This document shows, in pieces, positions 9,977 through 22,300 of a DNA stretch of 64,000 nt (positions are counted from its first letter, which is position 1; each line of letters begins with the position of its first letter). Both the position numbers and the translations under genes were made by a program. The DNA is from a virus, in IMG/VR virus record IMGVR_UViG_3300033146_000857, positions 32,472-96,471 of that record. The stretch is one strand, 5' to 3'. Below the pieces are notes generated by a model. It saw only the letters and a program-made list of their open reading frames with translations. It had not been told where the DNA came from and made no database searches.

Positions 9977-10590
9977 ATTTGTACCTTAGCACTTTTTTGA
10001 TATCTTCTGCTCATTGCTTTGTCTGAAAACCAGAATGAAATTACTGTAGAAGCTGCAAATAGTATCAGTTGTAAAGCTGGTTTAATCACGGCTAACATTA
10101 AGTTCTCTGTTCCAAAGTCGTCAAGTAGGTATTCCTCTAGGGCTGTATCTATAATTACCATTACATACCATACTATGCCTATTGTAAGCACAGGTCTTAT
10201 AAGACCTCTTATAGCGTCCATAGCCAGTAAGTGTAAGTAGATTAAAGGTCTAAATACTAGCCCTATCTTAGTTTTATCACTTATCATCATCTTAACTACA
10301 TCGTCTTTAAGGTACTTGCCAGTTAGTCTCTCTATAAGTCCTGCTCTATTAGTAGCTTCAGCTGTGTCTGCTGCTGCTTCCTCTAGGCTTATGGCTCCTT
10401 CAGTTATTACTTTATCAACTTCTATTTGAGCTTTTATTTCATTTAAGTTAGCTTCACTTTCGGCTTTGAACTTCTTTAGTTCAAACTCGTTCTGTTCTTT
10501 CTGTTGTTTATAGCCGAACCAAGTGGCAAAAATAGAAGTAACTGATCCTAAAAGGCCTCCACTTAGTATGTTAGTAAAAAAGTCCATCAC
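9973..10590 (-). CDS. Putative holin-like membrane protein
   Basis: Hydrophobic N-terminus, coiled middle, IRPVLT-TM...TM-FWF plus basic tail, as in 3TM-holin-like phage proteins; adjacent to the endolysin-like gene. Confidence 0.6.
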   Translation of the reverse strand: MMDFFTNILSGGLLGSVTSIFATWFGYKQQKEQNEFELKKFKAESEANLNEIKAQIEVDKVITEGAISLEEAAADTAEATNRAGLIERLTGKYLKDDVVKMMISDKTKIGLVFRPLIYLHLLAMDAIRGLIRPVLTIGIVWYVMVIIDTALEEYLLDDFGTENLMLAVIKPALQLILFAASTVISFWFSDKAMSRRYQKSAKVQI

Positions 10591-10596
10591 ATCCCC

Positions 10597-11037
10597 TTAT
10601 ATGTTTGATATTATGAGCTTAAATGGCTCATTTTTTGTTAGTTTATTCATCTCTCTTATTGCTTGTCTACTTCTAAACACGCATCTTTGCATTTTTCCGT
10701 GTTTGTTTTTAGCTCTTCCAATAGCTTTACCTAGAGTTATACACCCCTGTAGGTGCGTCTGCCACCCAAGCTTAGCGTCTCCTGCAAAGTTAGCCCCGTG
10801 AATAAGTATAAAACTTCTTTTAGACACTTCTTGTATATGGTATAACTTTTTCTTAAAGTGCGGAGAATATCTTAATTTTACGTGGTACTCTCCAGTAGGA
10901 ATACAACTTAGGTTAGGCTTATTGTCTCTATCTGGTAGTTCTAATGAATTCCAAAACATACCATTGTTAGCCAGTATACCAAAAGTCCCCTCTTGAGTAC
11001 TTTGTAGTCTATATAAGTATAACGTTTTCATACACAC
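10597..11037 (-). CDS. DUF5675 family protein (putative endolysin, L,D-transpeptidase-like)
   Basis: Pattern GTFG.L....SLELP..DN....SCIP.G.Y...SPHF...V..RS.ILIH.AN......GCI.LG. Confidence 0.8.
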   Translation of the reverse strand: MCMKTLYLYRLQSTQEGTFGILANNGMFWNSLELPDRDNKPNLSCIPTGEYHVKLRYSPHFKKKLYHIQEVSKRSFILIHGANFAGDAKLGWQTHLQGCITLGKAIGRAKNKHGKMQRCVFRSRQAIREMNKLTKNEPFKLIISNI

Positions 11038-11099
11038 CCCAGGTTTAATTATTTGAACTTAAACAGTTATAAGTTTATATATGGCTTTATCCTCAAGGG

Positions 11100-11966
11100 T
11101 TATCTGGTAATAGTTAAACTCTTAGTAAAGACATTCCCATCTTCCTCTACTCTTATGGTAAAGTTGTTAATGCCCCTATTAAGTATTTTAGTATAAAGTA
11201 TTTCTTTATTTGGGTCTAGAACTCTAAGAGGTATGTGTATCCATGGGCGAGTACAGGTAGTTCCTGATATATTTGGAACAATCATTCTAGAACCAGGAGT
11301 CGGATTATATGTAAAACTAAGAGTATCTTTATCAGTCTTAAGGTCTATTGTATCTCCTATAGAAGCTTTTAGCTCTATCACGTGGCTTAGAGATATACTT
11401 GTTGGAGAATTACCACTAAAATAGTCCATATTAGTTGGTTCTACTAAGTTTGGTAGTTCACTCACATTTAGGACTATTTCAGACCTATTGAATAGCCGTT
11501 GTTCCTCTAGAACATTCCAGAGACTAGTGGTGTTAACATTGTCTGGACGCTGTTTAAACAGTTTCTTCCATAAATAGTCTGAGTCAAAGTAGTACGGATT
11601 AAAGAAAAACCTTGACTTAAAGGTCTCTTCCCAGCTAAGTATTTTTTCTGGACTTAAGTATAAAAACTTATCATCAGACTGTCTTTTTATAAATACTTTA
11701 TTGGTGGGTCCAAAGATCACCCTGTTTAGCTCTAGTGTGTAATCTTGCAGTGTTCCAGAGTAAATTAAGTCTAGTACTTCCTGGTCTGAGAGCTGTTTTT
11801 TATTTGTTGTAAATAGTATCTTATCAGTATAAGATACATTTGGTGAAGCTATTTCTTGTAGGTTGCTATTAACATAGATGGCCACGTTTGTAGAATCACT
11901 ATTTATGCAGGCTATATTATAAGGATACTTTATATCTTGGTTATACACATGTGAGTAAGTTAACAT
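11100..11966 (-). CDS. Tail-tip region hypothetical protein
   Basis: 288 aa, coupled to the upstream tail genes. Confidence 0.5.
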   Translation of the reverse strand: MLTYSHVYNQDIKYPYNIACINSDSTNVAIYVNSNLQEIASPNVSYTDKILFTTNKKQLSDQEVLDLIYSGTLQDYTLELNRVIFGPTNKVFIKRQSDDKFLYLSPEKILSWEETFKSRFFFNPYYFDSDYLWKKLFKQRPDNVNTTSLWNVLEEQRLFNRSEIVLNVSELPNLVEPTNMDYFSGNSPTSISLSHVIELKASIGDTIDLKTDKDTLSFTYNPTPGSRMIVPNISGTTCTRPWIHIPLRVLDPNKEILYTKILNRGINNFTIRVEEDGNVFTKSLTITR

Positions 11967-11967
11967 T

Positions 11968-12633
11968 CTAGTCTCCTTTAATTACCACTAAAGCTTCGTA
12001 GTTAATCCCAGAGTCTCTTAGGACTACTGAGGTTATTAGAAGTTTTAACTGTCTGTCTGAAATAGCTATTACTGTGCCTTTTGGTAAATATTCTGCCATT
12101 GTAAAGGTTGCCTTGCCCTTAAGGTTAGCAAATTTAAAATGTTGTAAGAAAAACTCTTTTACCTCAGCTATGTTGGCGGTTATCTTTGTGTCTATGGCCG
12201 TGTTAGCTGTATGACCAAAGGGCTTATATATAGACCTTTCTCCTTGGTAAGCAAAGTCTTGATAAGCAAGCAACATATCATCTGTAAATTTTAGTGGTTT
12301 GAATAAAAAAGTCTTCTTAAGATCAACTGTTGTTAGTCTTGTAAACTTATCAAAAGAATACTCAAAGTCTATACTTAGTTTACTTAGATTTTTAAGTTCA
12401 TTAAACTCACCAAAGACTGGTTCTAATGCGTGTACTCCAAGGAAATATAGGAAAAACTGTTGTAATTTTTGAAACTTAAGATTCATTCCCCAAGGCTCTC
12501 CATTGTCATTGACTACTTCTAAGGCTGTACATGACATAGAGTAACTTACCTCGTTTAAAATGTCTAATGAGTCAATAGACTCGAGTCTAGAAGTGAACTT
12601 AGCTCTCGTGTCTAGTAGTACTGAAATATTCAT
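11968..12633 (-). CDS. Tail-tip region hypothetical protein
   Basis: 221 aa, ATGA overlap with 12630..14894. Confidence 0.5.
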   Translation of the reverse strand: MNISVLLDTRAKFTSRLESIDSLDILNEVSYSMSCTALEVVNDNGEPWGMNLKFQKLQQFFLYFLGVHALEPVFGEFNELKNLSKLSIDFEYSFDKFTRLTTVDLKKTFLFKPLKFTDDMLLAYQDFAYQGERSIYKPFGHTANTAIDTKITANIAEVKEFFLQHFKFANLKGKATFTMAEYLPKGTVIAISDRQLKLLITSVVLRDSGINYEALVVIKGD

Positions 12634-14894
12634 GATACCATGTCCTCTGCTCTTATTAAGAATTCTATCTCTGGAACTTTAAAACCGCTCCCTAGAGGTA
12701 AGTCTATAAATTCTACCATAGACAGGTAAGGATAGTTATTTGCTTCCTCAACATTAAGCCCCTGGGTAGCGTCTGGATTGTTATCTTCTATAGGAACTAA
12801 AGTTCCTTGTAAAGTAGCTTTAAGGTAGTATTTCAGATCTTTAGATGTTATGACTTCACCAGCTATTAGACTAGATGAGTTAGTTAGACTAACTATCTCT
12901 TTCTGCAAAAATGCTTCAGTACTGTCTTTGTCTAGGTCTGGCTTTGATAAGTCTATAGCATTTAGACTGGCTGTTCCAAGATTTATTATCTCATCAACTG
13001 TGTTGTCTAAGGGCTTATAGCCTTTGAATAGATAAAGTGCTGTGTCAGTGCCTTCTGAAGAAGGGTCCTTTAACAGTTTAGTGAATAGGCCTGAATATTT
13101 GTTTGCCTTAAAATTATGGTACTTATTCATGGTTGGGCAGTAAGGTTGGTCTGGTGTCCCGGGATAGATATATAGTTCTAACTCTTTAAGGTTACTGTTG
13201 TTAGCAACGTCTGGAAATAGTTTAAACTTAATCTTGTACCTGGTACACCCAGAGTCTGATATGCCAGTTACTACTTCACCGTCTAAATTTGTAAGACTAT
13301 CAGTGTTATAAATAGCACCATTTATGCGTATAGAGTATATATTTGTTAGCTTGCCATAGCCTAACGCATAGGCAACATTAGCAAAATAGTACCTTCCAGA
13401 GTCTTTAAAACTTCCCCCTAAGTTAACTTCAGTAACAGGCTTGGCTGTAAGTCCTAGAATGCCTTGAAGTCTTCCGTACAAAGAACTAAGGTTTACTAAT
13501 ATTTGATTTCCAGTTGATGAATAAAAAGTATCTAGTTGCTTCTCAGCAACTGTACTACCTAGGGTATTAACAAATGATCTAACTGAGTTAAATGATCCGT
13601 CTACATTTGCTGCTTGATCTATCAAAAACACTATATCTGAGTTTAAATTTTCAGCTTGATTAAAGAAACTTCTTGGTGATGTGGCCCATAGCCATTTAGT
13701 TGTTGTGTATAAATCGTATATAGCTATCTTTTCTTTTAATTCGGCTATCTTTTGTGAACCATTACTTTGCGTATAGAGCTCGTGAATTTTTGTAAGTATA
13801 ATACTAACTAGATTATATCTTTCAAAAATAAAACTTAAAGCCAGGTCTGTGTTTAGTCTTACATGCTCTTCTGAATCAACTAGCTTGACTTCAGGAACAT
13901 AAGCAAAAGTGTTCAATAATTTTATAGCTATTGAGCAATTATTTTGAACAGATATATATCCAGAAGTTTTTCTATACTGAGTCATATACTCAGCCAAGGT
14001 GTCTAACTCTGTGTAGTATTGAAAACTTACCCAATTTTCGTGTTCATTCACATGGGTGTTAATTACTGTTATTACATTGCTATTAAGCTTATCTATTTCT
14101 GTTTGAAGTTCAGTTCTATTTGGCATAGTCTGGAATACAGCTGTTGGAATACTAACTACTAAGTCTAGATAGGGTGTGCCTTTAGCTACCTGCAGTATAT
14201 CAGTATATATTTGAACCCAGATATCATGTACAGCTAGAATATCAGTAAGACTCTCTGCTGCTTCAAGTGCTTTTGGTCTGAGATTATCATAGTTGCCATT
14301 TGAACTTATTAAGTTGCCTATGGCATCACAGTTAGCTAATACAGTCTGGTACTGATTGTTTAGCCTAATAGTGTAGTTTTTAAAATTGTATATTAGAGAT
14401 TCAAGAATACAAGCTTTGTCTGTAAGATTACATCTCTCAGGACATTTTACAGGAATTCCGGCTAAGTATCCATGAGCTGGATCACAGAGATTTTCTTGAG
14501 TTTCGTTAGAAGGTAGACTAATACTGTTTAGTACTACTAAAGGTTTGTCCTCTAAGCCTAGGTCTGTAAGGTCCATAAGAGGTAACATTGGTTTGGCTGC
14601 CACGTCTAGGCATCTAAATTTAACTTGGCCATAATCATTCTTTTGAAGTACCCTAACGGCCGTATCAGATAGTGCTATAGGCTGGCCGGTAACATAGGTT
14701 TTACCCTCAAGGTAGGATATATCCCCTTTTGTAATCAAACCTGCATTAGTAGTTAGCAACGCTTCAGCTCTATCATTCATGTAAGGAAGAAATCTAAGAT
14801 TATTCAGTATGCAGGTAGAATAATTCTCATCTCCAAGAGTACCTTTACAAAGGTTATCGGCATGTGAATAGGACACTATTCTATTTTCACTCAT
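12630..14894 (-). CDS. Putative tail-tip/central fibre (gpJ-like) component
   Basis: 754 aa following the hub gene; YYFANVAYALGYGKL..IYSIRING and IYPGT.DQ resemble N-terminal blocks of tail-tip proteins. Confidence 0.5.
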   Translation of the reverse strand: MSENRIVSYSHADNLCKGTLGDENYSTCILNNLRFLPYMNDRAEALLTTNAGLITKGDISYLEGKTYVTGQPIALSDTAVRVLQKNDYGQVKFRCLDVAAKPMLPLMDLTDLGLEDKPLVVLNSISLPSNETQENLCDPAHGYLAGIPVKCPERCNLTDKACILESLIYNFKNYTIRLNNQYQTVLANCDAIGNLISSNGNYDNLRPKALEAAESLTDILAVHDIWVQIYTDILQVAKGTPYLDLVVSIPTAVFQTMPNRTELQTEIDKLNSNVITVINTHVNEHENWVSFQYYTELDTLAEYMTQYRKTSGYISVQNNCSIAIKLLNTFAYVPEVKLVDSEEHVRLNTDLALSFIFERYNLVSIILTKIHELYTQSNGSQKIAELKEKIAIYDLYTTTKWLWATSPRSFFNQAENLNSDIVFLIDQAANVDGSFNSVRSFVNTLGSTVAEKQLDTFYSSTGNQILVNLSSLYGRLQGILGLTAKPVTEVNLGGSFKDSGRYYFANVAYALGYGKLTNIYSIRINGAIYNTDSLTNLDGEVVTGISDSGCTRYKIKFKLFPDVANNSNLKELELYIYPGTPDQPYCPTMNKYHNFKANKYSGLFTKLLKDPSSEGTDTALYLFKGYKPLDNTVDEIINLGTASLNAIDLSKPDLDKDSTEAFLQKEIVSLTNSSSLIAGEVITSKDLKYYLKATLQGTLVPIEDNNPDATQGLNVEEANNYPYLSMVEFIDLPLGSGFKVPEIEFLIRAEDMVS

Positions 14895-15760
14895 AGTTCA
14901 ACTCCAAAGATATGATTATCACTAGTGCACTCTTCCTGAGGTTCTCCAGGCTCTCCACAGTAAGTAAGCGCTTCAGAAGTGAATATGTTATAGTTTTTAC
15001 TTTGTTTACCTAGATTGGCAAACCCATAAAAATGTTTAGTATTACCAAATTTTGCATGACACCCTCCATAAGTCTTATCACAGGATAATATTATATTAAG
15101 ATCAAAAGTTAGCATGTCGTCTATAAAGTTTAAGTCTATGGCTAAGTGGCTAGCAGTTACCTTCAGTATCTTTGACCTAAAAGACCCCCCTAGGTCTATA
15201 AAAGCTAGGTTATAGTTTCTCATGGTCTTAAACTTTTCTTTACCTACTAGACTAATTGTTTTCCCGCCTAGTATAATCTCATCGTCTGAAAGGCTATATG
15301 GAATTAAGCCTGTGAGTGTATCTATAGGAATACTAGTACAGGCTAAAGTATTATTAACTTCTTGAGCTCCACATAGTTCTGAGTATACCTGTAGTTGGCA
15401 AACGTTCTCTATTCGAGGTAAAAATAATTGCTTCATATAAAAAGAAGCCTTAGAGCCTATGTTTAGAGTTATATTTTGACTTACTGTGCTACTTATAGTT
15501 AAGATTATACCATCTAGTACTGTCTTAAATTCATCCCCAGTAAAAATACTAACTCTAACAGAATAACCATTGGTTAGGTATATTAGAGGGTTTATGCCTC
15601 TTAGTACACTCCTAGGCATTGAGACACTTATGGTGTCTTCGGCTAGTCCACTCTTAATATTCATAGATTTTAATTCTAATGAGCTAATAAAAGTTACCTC
15701 TGGGTCTTTGTTATGGTTACCTATCTTAATGCTATTAGCAATCTCTAAAGTTACTAGCAC
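14891..15760 (-). CDS. Tail hub protein, Phage_BR0599/gpL-like (Cys-cluster)
   Basis: CQLQVYSELCG...SCDKTYGGCHAKFGNTKHFYGF motif; second gene after the tape measure. Confidence 0.75.
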   Translation of the reverse strand: MLVTLEIANSIKIGNHNKDPEVTFISSLELKSMNIKSGLAEDTISVSMPRSVLRGINPLIYLTNGYSVRVSIFTGDEFKTVLDGIILTISSTVSQNITLNIGSKASFYMKQLFLPRIENVCQLQVYSELCGAQEVNNTLACTSIPIDTLTGLIPYSLSDDEIILGGKTISLVGKEKFKTMRNYNLAFIDLGGSFRSKILKVTASHLAIDLNFIDDMLTFDLNIILSCDKTYGGCHAKFGNTKHFYGFANLGKQSKNYNIFTSEALTYCGEPGEPQEECTSDNHIFGVEL

Positions 15761-16307
15761 TAGATGCTCCTATTTGTTGGTTAACTAAGACTGTTGGTTG
15801 AAAATATTCCTTGAACTTAGCACTAAGTTCAAAAAAGTTGTTAAACTTATGGTCTAATTTTAAAGTTCCATCCAGATAATGAACTCTGTGGGGTATTCTT
15901 AAACCGCTTGAAAGTATACTACTAGTAGTAATATCGAAAGTATTATTTTCATAAACTAGGTTATTTCCAAGTAAACTATGAGATAGCCTTCTATTTATGT
16001 CAAAGGTGTTTTCACCATAGAACTTTGCCTCATGAGGGTACTTATAAGATAGTCTATCACCAGTTTGGTCATAGACTAATTTCATACTAGGATGAATTTG
16101 AGTAACAAGATCAAAAGACTCTTCCTCAACCAGTAGTTCTTCTAGGTAGTTCTTAAACTCATGATCGATCAGTCCAAAGTTTATCTCCCACTCTACATAG
16201 GGTACAGTAGTGTAATTGTCTACTTTTACTCCGTCTACTAATAAAGGATTTTTACCCATATTTATCGTATATCTTAGATCTGAGTATAAAAATGTGTCTA
16301 TCACCAT
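15735..16307 (-). CDS. Putative distal tail protein
   Basis: First gene after the tape measure (TAATG overlap), 190 aa; positional inference. Confidence 0.5.
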   Translation of the reverse strand: MVIDTFLYSDLRYTINMGKNPLLVDGVKVDNYTTVPYVEWEINFGLIDHEFKNYLEELLVEEESFDLVTQIHPSMKLVYDQTGDRLSYKYPHEAKFYGENTFDINRRLSHSLLGNNLVYENNTFDITTSSILSSGLRIPHRVHYLDGTLKLDHKFNNFFELSAKFKEYFQPTVLVNQQIGASSASNFRDC

Positions 16308-19300
16308 TACAGGTACTCCTCGAAAACTTTTTTAACTCCATTTGCTATCATAGGAAGATTTCTTTCTATTGAAGCTAAAGAAGCATCTGGAGCCACTGGG
16401 ATGGTAATGTTAAAATTATTACCACTGTCCTGACTCACTTGATTGTTACTACTGCTTATAGTGTTTATATTAACCTTTGGTATACTCATGGTTGATTTAT
16501 TTAGACCATTAAAATAGTCCGCACCTAAAGCTCTAACAGTCTCTTTTCTTACTACGGCTTCTCCGTCCTCCAATAACGTAGGTCTTCTGTCTCCTCCGCC
16601 GTAGCCTGGTAAAACTCCTCCAGTAGACATGCCGACACTACTACTATGTCCAGCTATGTTACTACTGGCTGCTATTGTTCTTGCAGCTCTTGCTGATGCT
16701 GCTCTTGCTCTGGCCAAATCTCTATTTAAGCTAGCCATAGCTTGACTCACGGATCTGGTCATGGTTCTGGCTGCCTCGTTAGCTCCCTTAGTAACGTCTC
16801 TCCCTACAGAGCTAAAACCTCGGTTTATTGAAAGAGTACTAGTTTTTAAACTTCTAGTTAGCCAGTCTGCTTGTTTAGTAAGTTCTGCCGCCATTGGCTT
16901 ATAGAAATTTTTATTCTTAATGGCTTGAGTAGTCTTTTCTCCAGTTTTGTCTACTAGATCAACTACTGCTTTGGAAGTTTCATCACTAGTCTTAGATAGT
17001 CTTTTTACTAGGTTTTCTTTTATGTCTTTTAACTTTATGGTCCCTTTTTCAAGTCCTGCTATAAGTTGTTCAGCTGTTGTGGCCCCTAGGTCATTAGCCA
17101 CTTTTTGTAGCATTTCGTTATTAAAAAGATTTTGAAACACAGATTGCATTTTGTCATTGATATTCTCAGTATTAACGTCTACCTTTTGTAGGGTAGTTTG
17201 TATAGAGTCTTCTATTTTTTGTTGCAGAATAACAGCATCAAAAGTAGCTACTTTCATAGAGTCTCTAAAAGACTCTTCATATTTATTGGCCATAGCTATG
17301 GCGTCAAAGGTAGCTAATGCTACTGCATCAATTTGACTTTGTTCTAAGGCCTCTTTAGACTGTTCAACGTCTATAGCTAGTGTATTAAGCATTTCAGTTA
17401 GTTGTCTGCCTAGGGCCGCACTTAGTCTATCAGAGTTAATCTCCATGCCTTCTAGGTTAAAACTCAACGCCCTAGCTAAATCAGCTTTAGCATCTGCTGC
17501 ATGAATTGCTATCTGTCTAAATGAGTCTCTAACAGAGTCTGCTATCTTAGTCATATTTTCTGAGAAAGAAATGCCTAGTTCTTCTAGTTGTCTAGCTGTA
17601 TTTCTATTAATGTCTTCTATGCCCTGCTCAAACCCGCGAGCTATGTCCTCTAAACCAAAGCTTTTGCCAATGCCAAGTTCTTCAGTCTTTATGTCTTTGT
17701 TTATTTGAATATCTTGCATGGACTCAGCTAATTTTATACTTAAGTCTTCTAAGGCTCTTTGAAAGTCTAAAGACAATTTTGTCATATTTCTGTTAAATTG
17801 AGTAGCTATGTCAGAAAGATCTCTAGAGTACTTTCTATGAGCATCCTGTAGATCATAGGCTAATTTTATTCCAGCGTCTCTTATACTAAGGTCATATTTT
17901 AACATGGCTGTTTGTAAGTCAAATAAAGCCGCGCCCATTTCTCCTTTAGCCCCTGTTACATCTCCAACTGTGGTAGTAGTTCTGTAAGCTCCATTAGCTG
18001 CTCCATAGAGCAAGTCTACTAGCTGTTCTATAGACACTGAGTTTCCAGTTGCTGCAGATGCTGCTGTAGGTGCAGTCTCTGGGGCTGCTACCATTTCCTT
18101 CATATACTCTGGGTCTGTTAGAGCTCTAGTTGCATCAAAACTGAACCCAGCTTGAGCCTTGGTTACTCCCTGATCAACGATTACGTCTATAAGCTTGTCT
18201 GAGTTTTTATCCATATAGTCTAGATAAGTCTTATTAAAGATTTCACTGTTTACGTCTCCACCAGCCACTTTGTAAGCTTCTTTATAAGCTTCTTTTACCA
18301 GATCTTCTTTTGTTTTGTTTATATTTATCCACTGTTTAATCGCAGAAGTATTTTCACTAAGTTTAGCTTTATTAGCATCCATAGCTAGACTAATATTTGA
18401 CATCTTATCAGCTAAGCCTAAGAGAGTATCAGCATTTACAGTAAGCACAACTGGCTTTTGTAAGTTTCGGCTAAATAGCGTGTTAGTGTCGGCTATAGCT
18501 CTGTTTATAGCCGCAAGAGTTCTACCGTAGTTTCTGTTTAGGTCATTAACTTGCCTAGCATAGTTCTTTCTAGCATCATGTCTAGCTTGGTTAGTGCTAG
18601 TCTTTAAGTCTGCTACTGATCTTCTAAAGTTTATCCCAACTTGTTTAAGACTTCTAGCATAGTTTAATAGTGCACTAGCTTGTTGGTTTTGAACACTTCT
18701 ATCTAAAGCTTGTATGTTTCTATTATAGTTTCTATTATTAGCTTCTACTTTTCTTTCTTTAGATATGCCTAAGTCTTCTACAGAATACTCTTTTGAACGA
18801 CCAATTTTTTGCCCAGAAAAGCCTACATCTCTACGTAGGTTTCTCTCTGAAGAAACTCTATTGATGGTAACGTCTCTCCTGGATCTGTCTGTATTAAGAT
18901 TAAGCTTATCTAGATTAAATCTGTACTGCCTTACTGCGTCTTCACGTTTGTTTCTAGCACTTATGTTAAGTTCTTGCTGTTGGAATGCAACCTGACGTAT
19001 CTTAGCTTCCTTAATGTTAGCTGTTCTTATGTCTAGATTTTTAATAGCTATCTGCTTAGTTAGTGTCTGTCTATTTCTGTAATCTTCGCTCATATTATTG
19101 GCTAGCCCTGACCTATCGGTCATGTTAACTATGTCTGAGGTACTCATACTACTAACTGTCTTAAAGCTGTCTTTGGCTATGTTAGCATTTCTAAGAGTTC
19201 TATTAAGACCTTCTGCAAATCTATAGTTCTTAAGATCTTTAGCTTTTGTTATGTCTCTTTCTAGGCTTAAGTTATCTACAAAGTCACTAATAGCTGTAAG

Positions 19301-22300
19301 TTTAGCTATGTCCATTTTTCCAAGTTTAGTAGCTAGTTCTTCCATTGGCTTAAGCATTGTTACTCCACCGGCTGTCTTCACGGCCTCTGGATCTTCATTA
19401 GATAATACTTGCTTGTGTAGTTTGTCTGGGTCTGCTTGACTTAGTAATTTTCTGTACTGTTTATCTCCACCTAGTCTGTCATCTAGAACACTCGCAAAGG
19501 TATCTCCAATGCTCTTACTAAAACTTTGATCATTTGTAAAAGTATCCGCAGCAAGCTTATTAGCAAATTCTGACAAGTCTCCTCCAAGAGACCTGTTTAG
19601 GCTTGTAAAAGTAGACCTTATCTGACTGTCCATTTGTTTCAAAGGAACTTGCATAACTTTACCAAGTTTATCAGCTAAGTTTTCTAGCTCTCCTTTGTCC
19701 GAGAGTAGTTTTGTATATCCCCCTTTGTCAGCTAAGACTGTATCGGTTCTTTCAGATATCTCTTTACGATTTGCATAGAACACAGACTCTTTACCATTTG
19801 ACGCTATATCTTTCTGTACCTGACCTAGAATCTCTAGGTCATTGGTTGCTAATACAGCTACATTTGCTAGATGCTTATAAGATTTTTGCATGTTTGTGAT
19901 AACACTTTTTAATTCTTTATCACTTAGCTTATCTTTATCTTTTGTCTTATTATTAAAGCTTATAGCTTTATCAGATATTGCTTGGTCAAAATTTTGTTTA
20001 TTCTCTGTGGCTGCAATTGGGTTAAGCCTAACAATCTTGGCTATTGCCTTTGGTAAAGCACCAGTTAAAAGGATACTTTCTACTGATGCTTTATTAGTTA
20101 CTTTGTCTACCTCTTCTTGTTTAGCTACTGAGTATAATTTTAAACCACTTAAAAAATTATCCTTAACACTAGTTGTATTGGCTTTTGCACTTAGCTCTTT
20201 GAACTCTTGTATATTTTTTAGTAGTTGTTTTTGATTATTCCCAGCTAAGTCTAGTCCTTTTATAAAAGAGAAATTTTCATCTAAGTAGTTATTCAGGTCT
20301 GCTATCTCAGAACTGTACTGTTTCTCCATTTCTAGGGCTTTTTTACGGGATATTAGGTTCTTTTGAGCATTACCTGCCTCTATTTCAGAATTCTCGGCTA
20401 AAACACTCTTTAGCTCTTCTCCTGATAAGTCTGTAGTATTCTTTGTCTTTTTTAAGACTAGGGCTTTATCTTTAGATATTCCTGCATAAGTTTTACCTAA
20501 GTTACTTTGAAGTTCCGAATAAGCCTCTGCAGTAGTTGCCATGTGCTCGAATACTTGTTGAGAATTAAACCCAGCATCTTTTTCTGCACTTAGAGCTACG
20601 CTTCTATCTATACTGTCGTTTACTCCAAGTCCTTCTGATATCATTCCAGCACTTAGGCTACCAAGGACTGCTGCTACGGGTATACCAAGTCCAGTTGCTC
20701 CTGCCATAGTTGCACCAGCACCAGCTAAAACTCCACCAATAATACTTGGTGCTGCTTTAAGCATTGAGGCCCAGAAAACAGAACTTTCAACGTCCTCGTT
20801 TTCTGTTTCTTCATAGGCTTTTTTACCTAAGCTCCATGACTGAGCCGCTGTAGTTAATACAGCCAATGCTGGTAGTTTTGGTATTTTACTTGTCCACTTG
20901 CCTACGAAACCTGTGAAAGTCTTTATAGAAGGAGTTAGTTTTCCAACAGCCTCACCTAATGATTTAGTCAGCCCTGGAGCCATTTTAGCCATCTTATCTC
21001 CAGCAGTTATACCAGCCAAGCCTACACCAGTGCTTAAAGACCCCTTAGATAAGTAATTTGCCCCATAGATTCCGGCTGCAGTTAAGCCTAGCATTAAGCC
21101 ACTGGTCTCACCTTCTGGAGGTCTAAAAGATTCTAAGTAGTCTTCTTTTGACTTGGCATACATTGGCTTCTTTTTTACATCTCCTTCTAAGGTTAGTTGT
21201 TTAAATAGATCTCCTGAGCCATCTAGAGAACTTTCTAGTTGTGAATAAAAGCCTATTGACCAGCTATTTATCATGTTCTTAAATCTGTTCTTTGTTGAGC
21301 TAAGTTGAATTTCATTTGCATCTTCTGCAGCTGATGTGCCTATTATGCTAGACCTAAAAGCATCTGCTTTGTCTATCTGGTTTGATATGGCTGCATAGGC
21401 AGTTCTTTCTCTAACTTCCATACCTCTTGTGGCGTGCTGAAAAGTGTACCCAGAGTCTTTCATAAACTTAAAGACTCCAATTACTCCCTCATCATTAAAA
21501 ACCTTATTAAAGTCTTTAAGAGAGATATTAGCTGCTTTCAATGATTTAGCAAATTTTGCTGAAGGAGCTATAATGTCAGAAAATAACATTCTTTGTCCAG
21601 TACCTAGAGTAGAACCTCTCTTTATACCTGCGTCTTTCATAAGAGACGTAAGTGTTAGTACATCTTCTACAGGTATATTACCTTGAGCTGCGATGTTACC
21701 TGAATATTGTAAGGCAAGTCCTAGTGAATTTATATCAAGTTTAGACTTGTTAACTGCTGCTGTAAATTGATTAGCCACTACTTCTGACTCAGAGAAAGAC
21801 TTATCCCAAATGGTTAAAGCTGATGTAATAGTCTGAGTAGAATCTTCTAGAGATGAACCTGTTGCTGTTGCCAGTTTAACTACACCACCAAGTGACCCAC
21901 TAATACTGTTAGCTGTATAGCCTGCTTGTCCGAGAATAGTCGCTGCATCTGAGATCTCTGAGGCCGAAAACTTAGTAGTCACTGCTACTTTTTTTACAGA
22001 GTCTGTTAGTAATCCCATTTCTGTACTAGATGACCCAGTTATGGCTTGTAGGTTCTTTAGCCTGTCTTGAAACTCTACAGCACTACCGAGGGTTCCGGTT
22101 ATTAAGGCTGTGCCTGCTCCAAGTGCTGCGTATGATCCCATGAAAACTGCATTGTTCATCATCTGCTCTTTAAAGTTATCAACCCTGTTAGCTGCTTGAG
22201 CTTGTAAGTTTTTCTTACCAGAGTAAACATCTCTTGTAGCATTTAGTTTATCTTTACTTTGTTGAGAGTTATTTAATTCTTGGTCTATAGATTGTATATG

